From assembly GCA_028534125.1 (NCBI GenBank), contig CM052816.1, forward strand, positions 30,630,001 to 30,694,000: a stretch of DNA of 64,000 nucleotides, given 5' to 3'. The notes beneath the pieces are model-generated. The model searched no databases. It was not told the DNA's origin and worked only from the letters and a program-made list of their open reading frames with translations. This document shows positions 37,086 through 50,690 of this stretch, one piece after another. Made by a program: the position numbers and the translations under genes. This DNA is from Lama glama (taxonomy: Eukaryota). Within the stretch, counting starts at the first letter, position 1; every line of letters begins with the position of its first letter.

Positions 37086-39898
37086 TGATACTATTTCTAA
37101 AGCGATTTTTTTTTTTTACCATTTGAATAGGTTTTGAAAAGTAAATAAATGGATGAAACAAGAAAGAAAGAGCATAGGGAGACAATAATAAGCAAGACTG
37201 TAGACCAACAACATCAGTGTTCAAAAAAAACGATGAATTAATAAATCCACATGAAAGGAGGAAGTGAATAAATGTAGGGATCACTTAATAACCATTTTTT
37301 TTCCAAGTAAAATCCACATACTAAACCTCTTTCCCCGTAAGGCCTTACAAGTCAAGATAAAATTGTCTCATTTACAAATTGTTCATGTGAACTTATATTA
37401 ATAAATATTTTCAAGTAAAGATGGTTTCCATAGATGAATGTTGCCAGTTCATAATCATTCCTGGATTACTTCTGTTACAATACTTTATTTTTATTATGTC
37501 CAGCAAAGCCAGCTTCTCAAGTATTGAGAAATAATGGGGGATATAAGGTCATTTTGGCTGTTGGTCCTTCCACCATCTGCTAGTCTCCTGGATTCCGATT
37601 ATTATAAGAAAAAAAGGGACCTGTTGCAGAGACACATGAGCACACACGAGTCCAGGTAGGACCTGCGGGGTCTTTGTTAATGTCTTAGGTCGACCTATTT
37701 TGCTTTTTTCCCATACACCTTTTGTTGTACCTATCTCTTCTGTCTTTCTCGGGTCCTCAAAATCATAGCCTGCTTTCCAGAATATAAACCACTTACACTC
37801 CTCAAAATTCTATGACTCAAAAACAAATACTCAAAAAAATTCTCTGTTGTCAAAATACTTTTAGTACATAATATATTCTCCCATGAATCACACAAGTGCT
37901 CTTCTTAATTTCTTCTATACTATTGGATTATTAGTTTGGAAATCTGCCTTCTCAGTGAGTATACTTAGAAAATATGGGGTTATCTGGATATTCATCTTTA
38001 GGAAGCAATTTAGTATCATAATTAGCCCATAATATTGACTGTCATTATTTAAATGATTATTAGGAATCTAAAACATGCACGATCATGTATTAAGTACTGA
38101 GGAGAATGCAGTATCCTAAAGAGCTGTAACTATGGCGATCTGAGAATATATGGCAAATAAATACTTACAAATTAAATATACACTACATACAGTGGTCCCT
38201 GTCCAATCTGAAAGGAAGAGAAACTCTTCTAGTAGTAGAATTTTTTTTGAGAAAAACTTCTATTTTCATTCTGACATGATCTCTGTGTTAACAGATTGCA
38301 GTTTAGTTTTAGAAATAGAAAATATTCACCAAAATTCAAATTGCATAATCCTAGAGGAGCTGATGAGTTTTAAAGGTGATGGGAGTTGTAGTAGCAACCG
38401 TACTGAGTGGGACTTGTAATGGCAAGTCTATTAGAGGTCGGTGGGCAGGAAGACTGTGACTGGTAGAAAAGAGGGAAGGACACTTTCTACAAGAAGGAAA
38501 CAAAAGCATTTGTAGCTCTGTTACTGCTACTGCTACACTCTTCAGCTTAACTTAGGTTATTTGCTGAACTCTTATCATTATATGGTTCAGAACGTTTTAT
38601 TTAAAAAAAAATTGTTGCTTTCTAAGACAATAAACAGTTTCTCTTTTCATCCCTGGCTACTAATAATGGGGTAGAAACCTCTGATTGACACTTAAGATAA
38701 AACCACAGTTGTTTTAGTTTTTCTAGCTAACCTCAGGACATTTCTCCTGACAGGTACATATCTTTGGTTATACATCTGTATGGAAAATAAAAGTATATAA
38801 TAAGTAGCTGTCTGGATTACAAATTTGGTAAAGAGTTAAAGTACTTTCCTGGTGTGTCTTAAAAGTCACACATCACTGTATGTTTTTAAGCAGTTAAAAA
38901 ACCACCATCACCACCACCCTGAGTTGCTGAGTATGTAAGGAATGATACTAATGGTAAAATTCTATTAAATTCACATTTTAAGTTGAAGCTAGAATGCATG
39001 TGGTCTCTTTTATATAAATCACCATCCTGAAATTTTAAGAATTTCTCAGTGTTAAACTAGCTCACAGCATATGCACCACAACTTCTGAGAATGTCCACTG
39101 GAAGTTGGAAATATGCTTCAGATTCTTGCCTTGAAATTATTTATATGAATAGCCAAGCCAGTGCTTAGCTGTAACTTGTGGGCACATCTGATGCATGTAC
39201 AACAATAAATGACCTCTTCCACTTCTGAAAAAGAAAGTGGGGGAACGTAATTCAGAAGAGCAACATCATGAAATATTTTTGATATCTTTAGGATTTATAC
39301 TTCTTCTTTGGAAAAAAGTACACTCCTCAAAGCTCCTCAGTAATACTGAAGATATGTTTTTTTCCAGTTAATCTCCTTCCCATCAAACACTATGGGCTTT
39401 TGACAAATGCTTTCCTGATTCTTTCTTCAATCTCAAGGTCTATAAAAATCCCCATCTGCCACTTTGCTATTTTTGCAGCAGTTTGGATATAACAAAGAAT
39501 GTGGACATTTGCTCTGTCCATGCAGTTAATATGTGTATCCTATTTTCCAATTAAGACTATATGTCCTATTGATAGTGAACAAATTTGGTGACAAAAATAT
39601 ATACATGACAGCTTGAATTGTTAAACACAAATGCACTCTACTTAAAATAACCAGTAAAATAGCAATGCTTTCTATGGGCAACAGCTGGTAGGGCGGAAAC
39701 ACTAGAAAGAGCACAGTATTTGTAGCCAGTCAGAACTAACAATGTCTGAACAAGATACCTTTCCCTCACTTTCCTTATGAAAAGGCTAAGGCGATGACTC
39801 TCACTTCAGTTCACAGTAATGTCAAAAGAGAATAGTGGAAGTCAAAGTCCCCAATTACTGTCAGTCAACAGAGCCAACAATACATTCATGGTCTTAAG

Positions 39899-40048
39899 CA
39901 GGGGTCTCAAACTCGAGTACAAGATGTAAGTAAGTAGGGTCTGGATAGAACTGCCAAGTTTGAGACTCGTTTAAGATATTTAAATTAATTATTTTTATTC
40001 CCTAAAGTAGCTTAAGAAACAGGTCTGCTGAAGATTTGGAGAACCCTA
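39899..40048. mobile_element. Possible short hAT MITE
   Basis: caggggtctcaaact start, internal agtttgagac and a tttggagaacccta end. Confidence 0.35.
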
Positions 40049-40484
40049 CCCTAAGCCCCAGGGAGAGCTTCTGGGCTTCTCAATTACCAACAAGTAGGAC
40101 TTTCACATGTTTATCTCAGTGTTTAGTGTAAGCCAGTATCATACCTCAAAGTGCCCACTCTTATCTTTCCCAGGGCAAGACCAAAGGTTTTAATTCAAAG
40201 GAAGTAATGGCCCTAAGACTGCAATTCTCTCAACTTGTATACTCCTGCCATTAGTAACTATGTGCCTTCCCTAATACTGATTTCTTCACCTATTCTATTG
40301 CACCTGCCAGTGGTCAATGCCTCTAATCATATTCTGGATCTGAACTCATTTCCCTCCCCAGAAAGCATCCACCTGTAATCTCCTCTTGCTTCTGTATGTT
40401 CAATAGCTTCCATTTATTAACTCATCTGTAAACATATCAGTTTATTTAGATCCTCCCATTGAAAGTAAACATAAAATAGTTCAT

Positions 40485-40675
40485 AAAAGGAAAAATTCAT
40501 CAACCAGATCTCATCAAAAATGTTCTGCTTTACAAAAGCTGCTGTTAAAAGGACAAAAAGAAAAGTTAAAGGGGACAAAATATTTGTAAACTACATGTTT
40601 GACAAAGAACTATTATCTAGAATATATAAAGACTTCAAAACTCAACAGTAAATAATTCAACTAAAAAATTGGCAT
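40485..40675 (+). mobile_element. L1 ORF2 3' fragment
   Basis: aaaatatttgtaaactacatgtttgacaaagaactattatctagaatatataaaga...aaactcaacagtaaa. Confidence 0.75.
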
Positions 40676-41209
40676 GGTTATCAACCCTAAAGTGACATAG
40701 AGAAAAAGTCTGATATGATTACCATGAATGCCGACAATCCTATGACATTAAAACAATTTGAGAGTAGGTAATAAATAAGGAAGACAAAATAATTTGATTT
40801 CATGGTAATTTGTTTGCTAGAGTAGAGAAGACATCAAAACTATCAAAACAACTCAAATGTATTTTGAAAAATTAAAATGAAGGAAGAATAGAAATTGCAA
40901 ATGAATATGGCCCACTGTGATCAGGAAAGGTAATGAAATTTAAAATTCAAAAATAAAGACAGACTTCTTGAATTACCTATATACTAAAATGAGTTACACG
41001 AAAGTTGGAAACACCAGGCTACACTCCTCTTCCTCAGCAGTAATATACGATCAATACCAAAAGGCAACAGAGTAATGCCAGCAAAGCTCTGAGATGGAAA
41101 CAGATCCAAGAATCTTACTCCTGACCTCATTCTAAAACCATCTCATCACAGCCATGATCTGCACCTTTTTCACTTCCTTTACCAAGAGGTTTCTAACTCC
41201 ATGATGTGA

Positions 41210-41544
41210 AATACCTATGGGCCTGCTCATCATTCACAGGTTAGGTGGGCAACTCAGAAATGTGGGCAAGTAACACCCTGCGGGTTTACCTTCAACTGAC
41301 CGGTGATGGAGGCTGATGGGAAAGGTCATCTCTTTTATCCTTCAGGTGAACAATTCTGAAATACATTCTAAACAGCTTCATAGGAGGTCCCAGAGGAAAC
41401 AACCCCAGTTGCCTACACCAGTGACTATTCAGTTTTAGCCTCTGCAAGACCTTCATTTTCCAGGATTGCTGACCAAAATAAATTGCTTTCTGCAAGCCCT
41501 TTTTCTCTAGTTCTATTTTTCCAGAGGGAACTCAGACTAAGATA
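41210..41544 (+). mobile_element. ERVL LTR (LTR16-like), 5' LTR of the adjacent internal sequence
   Basis: aacaattctga...ggaggtcccagaggaaacaaccccagttgcctaca...aaataaa...gggaactcagactaagata. Confidence 0.75.
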
Positions 41545-43430
41545 TTTGATGCCAACAAAGCATCAAATAAGGTAGAAAACAAACAAACAGAATGATATTC
41601 TGGGACTGGATTATTCAGAAGTGAGCTATTGCTAAAAACCCTATTGCTGATGCAAGATGGGTAGACTTCATCCATGGTATTCTGTAGATTCATGATTATT
41701 AACAGACAGGTTGGGCTGAAATGTGGGCAACAGAGAAGCATTGGCCTGTGTGCAGCTGTGGCACTTGGGTATCACAAGGTCAAGGATAAGTAGAAGATTG
41801 TGCCTAATGCTTTGATAGAATATAATAATAATAATGCATTTTAAGAATATAAAGACATGCTCAAGGCAGGCAACTATCAGCCCAAGGGATGCTGTGAAAT
41901 TGAGAACACCTCAAGATTACGTGTCAAGGTACGAGAAACTCAAATTAGATAAAATGTGAGACCGAGTGCACAGGAAAATAGTGGGATCTTGATACCTGGA
42001 TAGATGAACCCGATATTCTTACACCCCTCCCTCAGACTTCCCCATAGACTCTGGACTGACAAAAGCAGCTCCCTCTTCATCTTCATAAGCAAGCAGCCTC
42101 CTGTTGTCTAATGACACTATGAACACCTCACCTGAGGAAGTGGCCATGAAACATGAAACTTTGCCTTGTCAATATCCTTCCTTCATGCCCTCCCAGCTTG
42201 TGGGCCATAACCCAGTACAAACCAAGCACAAAATGTATTCTATGCTCTGAGATGAAATTGCATTCATTGAGAATTCTAAGATTTGGTTTATTAGTACTGA
42301 CAGAAACAAGTAGAGTGGGTCTGAAGATGCTGGACTGGGGAAGTATGGAAAATAAGTCTGGACAGTGGAGAATTCACTGACAAACGAGCACTATTCTGGA
42401 CACAGTATGTTGTGTTCTGGCAAGGATGCATGGAACTATTCTTAATTATATTTAGCTAACTCTTGCTGTGTAACAAGTTGTCACAAAGTTATCAGCTTTA
42501 ACAGCACCCTTTTCTTATTTGTTTCTGTGGCTAATGAGCCTGGCCATGGCTTAACTGGTCCCTCTGCATCTGAGTCTCACAAGGCTGCAATCAGGTATTG
42601 ACTTGGACTGCACTTTCATCTCAAGGTTTGACTGGGGAGGGGTTCACTTCCAAGCTTATGCCATTGTGGCCAGAATTCACCTCTTCTAGCCTACTGGACT
42701 GAAGACCTCAGTTCGTTTGGTTGGCTGTTAGCCAGAAGTTTTCCTCATGTCAGTTTCTTGACGTATGACCTCTCAATGGGGATGGTGCAGTACAGTTTGC
42801 TTGCTTCATTTACGCAAACAAGAGAGAGAGAGTCTCCTAGCAGCATCAGTTACAATGTTAAGTAACTGTTACTTAATAGTAACAGAAATGACATCCCATC
42901 ACCTTAGCCATAATCTACTGGGGAGAAACAAATCAGAGTTTCTGCCCATACTCAAATGGAAGGGCTTATATGAGAACAAGAGGACCAGGAGGCAGGGATG
43001 TCTACGGGCCATCTTAGAGTCTGTCTGCCACATGAATACACTGCTGGGAGGACGCTTGAAACTTGCTCAGTGGTCTCAGGTAAATGAAGAGATGCTACGG
43101 GAACTTGGAAGAGAATTGATGAAAAGTTCAGAAGACTCAGGTAAGATGCACATATTAAACTGAATTTAATACGTCAGATCAGAGACTCCACCACCTGACT
43201 GCTCCACAGAGAAACAATCCCTTCATTAAGCAATAAGAAATAAGCTCCTGGGGAGGAGTGAATATTTCTCTCTGTACCAAGAAGAACAAAGCAGATGCTG
43301 CTACAGCACTGGAATCCCTGGTATTGGGGGATAATAGGATCCTGGCTTGGCAGAGGCCAGATAGCAGCCCTCAACTGAAAGCAGCAGGATGGATGGCATT
43401 GCTATTGAGGGCAGCAAGGCCTTCATTTAT
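41545..43430 (+). mobile_element. ERVL internal (ERV3-16A3-like) leader/gag remnant, split by MLT1
   Basis: Directly follows the LTR16-like LTR. gatattctgggactggatt and ggataataggatcctgg...gcagaggccagatagcagccctcaactg resemble recalled ERVL gag-region sequence. No intact ORF. Confidence 0.6.
42447..43032 (-). mobile_element. Full-length MaLR solo LTR (MLT1F/E-like)
   Basis: ttgctgtgtaacaa; tctcacaaggctgcaatcagg; ends gggccatcttagagtctgtctgccaca; 5-bp TSD ttaat/tgaat. Confidence 0.85.
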
Positions 43431-43639
43431 ATTTTATATATCAGAGAAAGGCAAGTAAGTTTATGAGAGTTTTTTTATAGCAAATGTCTGTATATATTTT
43501 TGTTTGTGTCTGATTTGGATGTACTCATACATCAAAGCGAACTGAGGCAAGAGGACTGAACCACATTTTGGAAACAGTGTGATATATGATGCTGGACAAG
43601 GATTTGTAATGATTCTGACAGAGAATGTTGCATAAACTT

Positions 43640-44130
43640 GTTAAACCTCAGGGGTTTTTTTTTCAGTCTGTAAAATACTTCTTGGATGTTTCTTTTCTGC
43701 CATGCACTATTCCAGAAACTGGTGTTAACAACGCTATTGCACAGATTTGCTGGATCCCTGATGCACTCGCATACCAATGGAGGATACATAGACTAAAGAA
43801 GTTTTAAAAGAATATATAATGACCATACTGACAAGTATCCTGGAGGAAAAAAAAGCATGGAGAAAGGCAGAGAGTTTTGAGGACTAATATAGAAGGAATG
43901 GTGAAGAAATCCTTCATGAATAGGTACTGTTTGAGAAGTGAATACAATAAAGATGGCTTACGGCTTCTTGGGGACAGCAAGTGGAAAGGCCCTGCACAGA
44001 GAACATGCCTGGAAGATGTGAGGCTTCATGAAGAGGCCAGAATGCCACTCTGCAAAACAGGGAGAAGGGTTAGGAAGAAGGTCACGGGAGATGTTGGAAT
44101 TCAGGTTATTCAGATAACTGTTTTGATGAT
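43640..44130 (-). mobile_element. L2 fragment
   Basis: caagtggaaaggccctgcacagagaacatgcctgg...gaagaggccagaatg is L2 in antisense. Confidence 0.55.
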
Positions 44131-44644
44131 GAAATCAGATATTTTTGTATATTACATAAATGCCCAGTTCATGGGGTCAACTTTAGTTTTTACTTCATTT
44201 GAAACAAGGATATCATGCCAATTTTAAAGAACCAAATTTAGGTTTCATAAAAGTATAAAATCAAATTCTGTAATTGGGATATGTCATGACTTCAATAAAA
44301 TACAACTCTCCGAAAAATTAAGTTGAGTATGTGTCAGAGTTATCATTCTTTGCAAAGCTGGTAAAGAGACTAGAAGGGTTTTCTACATTTGGCCTACATA
44401 ACGAACACTCTCTTCAACAGAGTTAAAGAAAATTTTAATGTAATTCCTGGGGTTTCCAACCAGAAGGGCCTTAATTACCAAGGAGGCTTCAGCCCACAGA
44501 ATAATCTGGAGCAGCAGTGTCAGGAAAGCAAGAGGTTGCTGGAGTCATTTAAGCTAACTTTGTATTCAATATGCTTTGCATCAGTGTATAACAGTCGTGT
44601 TATAGGTCAAACAGATTTCAGATCAAACAATTCAGGGATACTGG

Positions 44645-45103
44645 GTCTGAGTGTGGGCCTAGGATGTCATCTTCCTTATCTCCAGAACCTGTGGCAAGTC
44701 ACCTTACAGCCAAGAGACTTTTCAGATGGGATCAGATCTCAGGATCTTGACATGGAGAGATTATCCTGGATGATCCAAGTGGGCCAATGTAATCACATGG
44801 GTCATTAAGAGAGGAAGAGGGGAGGGGCAGAGTCAGAGAGAAAAATGGGAATATCCTGCCTTGTTGGCTTTGAAGACAAAACGTGAGTCAAGGAATGCCG
44901 GCAGCCTTGAGAAGCTGCAAAAGGAAGGAAAAGGAAAGGCCTCTCCCCCAGGGCCTCTACAAGGGATGTGGCACTGCCGACAGCGATGCTTCGTGAGAAC
45001 CTTGTAGACTTCTGACCCTCAGTACCGTACAATAATAATTGTGTGTTGTTTTAAGCCACTAAATTGGTGGCAATCTGTTACAGCAGCCATAGGAAGCCAA
45101 TAT
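44645..45103 (+). mobile_element. MaLR LTR (MLT1D/C-like)
   Basis: agattatcctggatgatccaagtgggccaatgtaatcaca; ttgtgtgttgttttaagccactaaattggtggcaatctgttacagcagccataggaa. Confidence 0.9.
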
Positions 45104-45429
45104 ATCAGGGAATAAAGGGCAACACTAAGTATGAAAAAACTATACCCCAAAGACATATTAAAAAGAAAAGAAAAAAAAAACCCTCAAATCAGGACTTTTG
45201 AAAAAGAATCTACAAAGACTTGAGAATGGGCTAGATGTTGTTAAATCTCCCAAGCTAACTTAAAGTCATGAATTACAACCCTAATCTAATTTCTTTTCTA
45301 AGTATGATTGTGTTGAAATGTATGGGTGTGTGCATAGATGATGGAATGTAATAGCTGACTGCATTGTTGCATCACTATTTTTCCTAAAGCTTCCTGACCA
45401 GAGAAGCACACGGCCTCTGAAAGTCCCAT

Positions 45430-45620
45430 GGGCTGCATGTGTATCCTGGCCTCTTCACTGACTAGATCTGTGACCTAAACTATGTGTCTCAGTTTTCTGA
45501 CCTGTAACGTGCCCAGTGAATAATGTCTACCTCATCGGGTTGCTGTGATGATTACCAGAGTGAATATGTAAAAGCATCTAGAAGTGTGTCTGACACACAG
45601 TAAGTACATCCAAGCTTTTA
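45430..45620 (+). mobile_element. MIR SINE
   Basis: tgtgtctcagttttctgacctgtaa...ctacctcatcgggttgctgtgatgatta...tgacacacagtaagt. Confidence 0.75.
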
Positions 45621-46024
45621 CCATGTGATTCTTCAGTTCTTACATCACCAGAGTGAGAATAACATTTAATACACTAACACATTTGCAAGACTAAGAGAAA
45701 AATACATTGTGTCACATGCTAGCTAGTATTTCACAATGTTTTTCCTGTTTTTTTTAAACAATTATTTTATATTAACTTTTAAAAGTCTCTCATGGAGTTC
45801 ACAAATGCCAAGTTAACTTAGACTATGTTGGCAAGATAGCAAAAAATATATTGAGAAAAGTAATAAATCCAGGCACTAAGTTATAAGTGACAGAAATTTA
45901 GTATCAAAAACACATTACCCATAGGAAATGTTTTCTCTATTCATCTGCTTTCAATTTCTTGACTTACATTTTCGAGGAGATATTTCTGGAAATTTTTCTG
46001 TGCTGTCATTTAGATGACCCACAC

Positions 46025-49000
46025 TGAGAGGAGAGCAAGATGGGGAACGAGGAGGGCACTGAGCTCACCTCCCCCAGGAATGCATCAAAAATACATCCAC
46101 ATGTGGAGCAAGCCTCACTGTAAACAAACTGGAGACCGGCAGCAAGGCTCTTACACAACCAGGACTGTCAAGGAGGATCCACTTGGAATCAAGCAGGAAG
46201 CGAAGAGAAGCAACTGGGGGAGGACCTGTGCCCCTGGGAGGGGACACAGAAGAGGAGGAGGTTTCATGGGCTGAAGTATCCTTCCTGGGAGAGTGGGTGG
46301 TTTAAACCACATATTAAGCAGCACTACTCTGAGGTCCAATACTGGATAGGTCGCCTTGGCTGCTCTAAAAACCAGTGGGACTGGCAGGGGCACTGTGAGA
46401 AACTTGAATTCCACCCATGAAGAGCACACACATGCTCAAACAAGGTAGAGGAAGAAACTGAGATGGCCCCGGACTCCACCCAGTTCCCTTTGACTGTCCC
46501 AGCATGTGCCCCAGCCAGGCCTAGCTTGCTCTGTGGCACAGCTCCCCATTAAAGGGAAGGCTGCCATAGTGGAGGAGAGTGTGTAGTTGTGGGGACGGAA
46601 CATGCTTGGGCCCAGCATCACATCCAAACAGGGTCAAGGCAGTCACTGCAGGCACTTGCAGAGGCAGCAGATGGGAGCAGTCTGCAACTCTGACAGGAGA
46701 GCTGGCACTGCCACCGCATGTGACCTGGCCTGCTCTGGGTGCCACTCTACACTTCTTGCTCCAGCATGGCTCCTCTCTGGAATGGAGGTGCCAATGCTGG
46801 GAAAAAGCAGAGCACACACTTAGAAGAAACAAAACCAGCGTGGACCAGAACCTCAGGGTTTCTTCTCTAGCACCCTGAGGCCCACCCATGACCCCAGCAC
46901 AGTGGTACTGGCTGCTGAGCAGAGGAGAGCCCAGGCTTACCCCTGGTTCTGGCTCCAGCCTTACACTTCCAGACACATCTCCCACCATGATAGCCAGCAC
47001 ATCCTAGGGGAAGATGTGACTTGTGCTCACTTCAGATGCAGCTCTCCCAGCAAAGATACTGGACACACACAGGCGGCACGGGGACACTCCCACACACGGA
47101 AGCCCCTTCAACGCTGGGACAGGGAGCTCTTTCACCTAATTCTACAGAGACAGAAAGAGTTAACCAAAATGACAACATACAGGAATTTCTTTCAAATGAA
47201 AGAACAAGAAAAAAAACCTGGGGGGGAAAAAAAAACCTCACGTAGCAAAGTTTACCAGATAAAGAACTCAAAGCATCAGTAGTAAGATTGCTGACTGAAC
47301 TTGGGAAAAGAATAGATGTCCATGTAAGAATTTTAACAAAGAACTAGAAAATACAACAAAGAACCAGTCGGCACTGAAAAGTAAAATAACTGAAATGAAA
47401 ATCACGCTGGAAGGAATTAATGGAAGACTAGCGGATACAGAAGAATGCTAAGTAATCCACAGGGTGGGATAATGGATAGCACCGAATTAGAACAGCAAAA
47501 ACAAAAACAAATGTAAAAAATGAGAACAGTTTAAGGGACCTCTGAGACAACATCAAGCATACTAACATTTGCATTTTAGGGATCCCAGAAGGAGAAGAGA
47601 GAAAGGAGTTGAAAATGTATTTTATAAAATGGTGACTCAAAACTTCTAGAACCTGAAGGCAAAGGAAGCAGAGAGTCCCAGACAAGGTGAATCTAAAGAG
47701 ACCCATACCAAGACATTCCATAATTAAAACGGCAAAAATTAGAGACAGAGGGAAAATGTGAAAGGCAAGAAGAGGGAACAAAAATCACATAGAAGGGAGC
47801 CCCCTTAAGGCTGTCAGGTGATTTTCATTCCAAGACTTTGTAGGCTTGACGGGAGTGGCATGAGCACTGAGTCCTTCCCTAGTCTATCAAGGCTCGCCCA
47901 TCCGGTCAAGGTGTGAATAACATCTGGTTCCCTCACAGAAGGTCAGGGTGCAGGAGACTCCAGTCTGAGCTCCACTGGTGTGTGCAAGCAAGCTGCATGT
48001 TTCTGTGCTTGCATGGACTTCCCTCCCCTCCAGCGCAGGCTAATACCCAAAACCCCCTGGGGAAAGTGCGTTCTCCAAGATAAATCATATGTTAATCACA
48101 AACAAATCTCAACCAATTTAAGAAGACAAAAATTGTATCAAGCATTTTTCCTAACCACAAAGATACGAAACTAGAAATCAACTGCAGAAAGAAAAAAAAA
48201 GGAAAAACAGAAAAATGTGGATACAAAACAACATGCTACTAAAAAATCAATGCATCAATGAAGAAATCAAATACCTTGACACAAATAAAAATGGAAATAT
48301 ACCTTTCCAAAATCTTGGACACAGTGAAAGCAATCCTAAGAGGGAAGTTTATAGCAATACAGGCGTACCTCAGGAAATAAGAAAAATCTCAAATAAACAA
48401 CCTAATCTGTCATATGAAGGTATTAGAAAAAAAGGAAAGAACAAGCTCTAAGTCAGAAAAAGGAAGAGAGTAATAAAGATCAGAGAGGAAATAAGTAACA
48501 TAGAGATCTAAAAAGAAAAAAAAAAGTGAAGAAACAAGCAATAGGAAAGATCAATAAAACCAAAAGCTAGTTTTTTGAAACTATAATCAAAATTGCTAAG
48601 CCTTTAGCCAGGCTCACCAAGAAGGAGAGAGAGGACCTAAGTAAATAAAATAAGAAATGAAGAGAAATAACAACCAATATCACAGAAATACAAAAACATC
48701 ATGAGAGTACTATGAACAATTACATGTCAACAAATTGGACAACTTAGGAGAACCAGATACATTTCTAGACACATACAGCCTGCTAAGAATGAATCAGGAA
48801 GAAACAGAAAATCTGAACAGACCAATTGCTACTAGTGAAATTGACTCAGTAATCTAAACTCAGGAAACTGAAGATGATACAAAGAAGTTGGAAGGTACCC
48901 TGTTTTCATGGACTGGAAGAATTAAATTTGTTAAAATGTCTATGCTACCCAGATTTAATGTAATCCTTATCAAAATACTTATGGCATTTTTCACAGAATT

Positions 49001-50149
49001 ACAACAAATGATCCTAAAATTTATATGAAACCACAAAAGACAGCAAGTAACCAAAGCAAGCTTGACAAAAAAGAACAAAACTGGAGGTATCACGCTCCCT
49101 GACTTTAGATTCTACTACAAAGAAAAAGCAATTAACACACTGTGGTACTGTCACAAAGACAGACATGGATCAATGGGACAGAGCAGAGAGCTCAGAAATC
49201 CACAGTTAAGTTTAATCTATGATAAAGGAAGCAAGAATACACAAGGAGGAAAGATATGCTCTTCAGAAAGTGGTGCTGGGAAAACTGGACAGCTACATGT
49301 AAAAGACTAAAAAAATTAGAACATTTCCTCACACTATAGACAAACATCAACTCTAAGTGGATTAAAGACCTAAATGTAAGGCCAGAAACCATAAAACTCC
49401 TAACGGAGAAAATAGGCAGAACACTCTTTGGCATAAATCATAGCATTATTCTTTTTGATCTCTCTCCTCAGGCGAAGGAAGCAAAAACAAATATAAAAAA
49501 TGGGATCCCATTAAACTTAAAAGCTCTCATATAGCAAAGGAAACCAATAAAATGAAAAGACAGCCTATGGAACGTGAGAAAATGTTTGCCAATGTTATGA
49601 CCCATAAGAGATTAATATCCAAAATATATAAAGAGCTCACAAAAATCAGTATCAGAAAAGAACCACCACCGAACGAAAAACTGGGCAGAAGTCCTGAATC
49701 AACATTTTTTCAAAAGAATACATACAGATGGACAAGAGGCACATGGAAAGATGCTCATCATCTCTAATCATCAGGGAAATGCAAATCAAAATCACAGTGA
49801 GATCTCACCTCACACCTGTCACAACAGCTAGCATCAAAAAGATCACAAATAACCAGTACTGGTGATGATTTGGAAAAGTAACACATGTACATTGTCAGTA
49901 GGAATGTAAACTGGTGCAGTCACTATGGAAAACAGTATAGATTTTCCTCAAAAACTAAAAACAGAACTACATATGATCCAGCAATTCCACTCCATGGTAT
50001 ACATCAAAAGAAAACAAAAATAGTAAATTTGGAAAGATACATGAACCTCAATTTTCATAGTAACATTATTGACAGTAGCCATTACATGGAATCAACCTAA
50101 GTATTCTTAAACAAATGAATGGGTAAAGAGTGGGGTATATGTATGTACA

Positions 50150-50181
<32 letters not shown>

Positions 50182-50690
50182 TACACACACACACACTACA
50201 CACACACACACACACAATGGAATATCACTCAACCATAAAAAAAATGAAAATCTGCCAGGTACAGCATGGATGGACCTGGATGGTATTATGCTTAGTGAAA
50301 TAAGTCAGACAGAGAAAAGACAAATCTCTGTTATCACTTCCAAGTGGAATCTAAACTTTAAAAAAAAAAGAATGAATATAACAAAATAGAAATAGACTCT
50401 AAGATACAGAGAACAAATTAGTGGTTACCAGTGGTAAAGTGGTGTCAGGGAGAAGCAAGATGGGTGAAGGGGATTAAGAGGTACAAACTACTATGTACAA
50501 AACAAACAAGCTACAAGGTTACACTGAACAGTACAGGAAGCAGAGCCAGTATTTTATAACCTTAAATGGAATGGAATCTATAAAAATATTGACTCAATGT
50601 TGTATACCTGAAACTAATATATATTGTAAGTCACCTATATGTCGATAAAATTTTTTGAAAAACCTGAAAGGTAGAGGAAAGAAAAAAAAA
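46025..50690 (+). mobile_element. Near-full-length decayed L1 (5'UTR, partial ORF1, partial ORF2, 3'UTR) with two large internal deletions
   Basis: 5'UTR homologous to 29091. ORF2 peptide remnants include NNMLLKNQCINEEIK, KKNKTGGITLPDFRFYYK, MKRQPME and YDPAIPLHGI. The 3'UTR ends tgtatacctgaaactaatatatattgtaagtc followed by an A-rich tail. Confidence 0.93.
50147..50216. repeat. Imperfect (AC)n microsatellite within the L1 3' region
   Basis: Seen directly. Confidence 0.95.

Noticed and set aside
48215..50100. ORF2-like peptides as an active retroelement
   Set aside because: Multiple stops and frameshifts, with EN mostly and the RT core absent.
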